DNA of 64,000 bases, taken from an uncultured Gammaproteobacteria bacterium (GTDB lineage: Bacteria > Patescibacteriota > Microgenomatia > UBA8517). The translations under genes were made by a program, and so were the position numbers. Every line of letters begins with the position of its first letter. Position 1 is the first letter of the stretch. This document shows positions 63,978 to 64,000 of this stretch, in pieces. The stretch lies in the NCBI GenBank assembly GCA_964617045.1, contig CAZTVZ010000003.1:32257-96256 (forward strand), given 5' to 3'. Below the pieces are notes generated by a model. It was not told where the DNA came from, made no database searches, and saw only the letters and a list, made by a program, of their open reading frames with translations.

Positions 63978-64000
63978 GGTAATAGTTTTTGAGTTATTAA

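Noticed and set aside
1-64000. Mobile elements, prophage, CRISPR array, rRNA.
   Set aside because: I saw no transposase or integrase-like translations in any frame. There are no regular repeat-spacer arrays. There are no long untranslated conserved stretches consistent with rRNA. The only RNA gene recognised is tRNA-Cys.

Overview
This is a low-GC (roughly 37-40% by eye), gene-dense bacterial chromosome segment. It looks like a streamlined monoderm lineage, plausibly Candidate Phyla Radiation/Patescibacteria, although that is inferred from gene content rather than from any search. All calls below come from reading motifs in the six-frame translations by eye; no database search was possible.

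Conserved housekeeping operons run in one direction across 1-24.8 kb. These are the rpoB 5' end, alaS-(actin-like membrane protein)-sortase-ruvX-mltG, rodZ-like, ftsK, rnj, a family-4 uracil-DNA glycosylase, a Lon-like AAA+ protein, pnp-rpsO-(NrnA-like)-infB-nusA, and hrcA-grpE-dnaK-dnaJ followed by murJ. groES-groEL lies further on at 51.3-53.2 kb, and tsaD, valS and rplY at 57.4-61.6 kb. Sigma-70-like promoters and CIRCE operators can be recognised upstream of hrcA and groES. One tRNA-Cys(GCA) lies at 49447-49518.

Several aminoacyl-tRNA synthetases and IF-2 are short forms. Several promoters sit so close to their ATG that the transcripts would be leaderless.

The accessory content is cell-envelope centred, in two islands:
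- 25.2-33.0 kb: a tightly overlapping 9-gene plus-strand operon. It contains PilN-like and PilO-like genes, a small bitopic protein, an FN3/Ig surface protein, a protein made of five tandem 6-Cys (knottin- or hevein-like) modules, and two small Cys-rich proteins. Three of these proteins end in a shared [LI]P[DE][SA]G + TM tail (a VPDSG-CTERM-like sorting signal). The operon ends with a DUF2298/'YYY' GT-C-type membrane protein, with an LCP-family gene convergent on it.
- 43.0-48.5 kb: a glycan-synthesis cluster. It holds a processive GT2 with a QxxRW motif, a GT-C (PMT/ArnT-like) with a DE motif, a GT4 WecA-like phosphotransferase, an overlapping UbiA-family decaprenyl-phosphate phosphoribosyltransferase-like gene, and a PEGA/SH3b protein, followed by galU.

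No transposase, integrase, CRISPR array or rRNA was seen.
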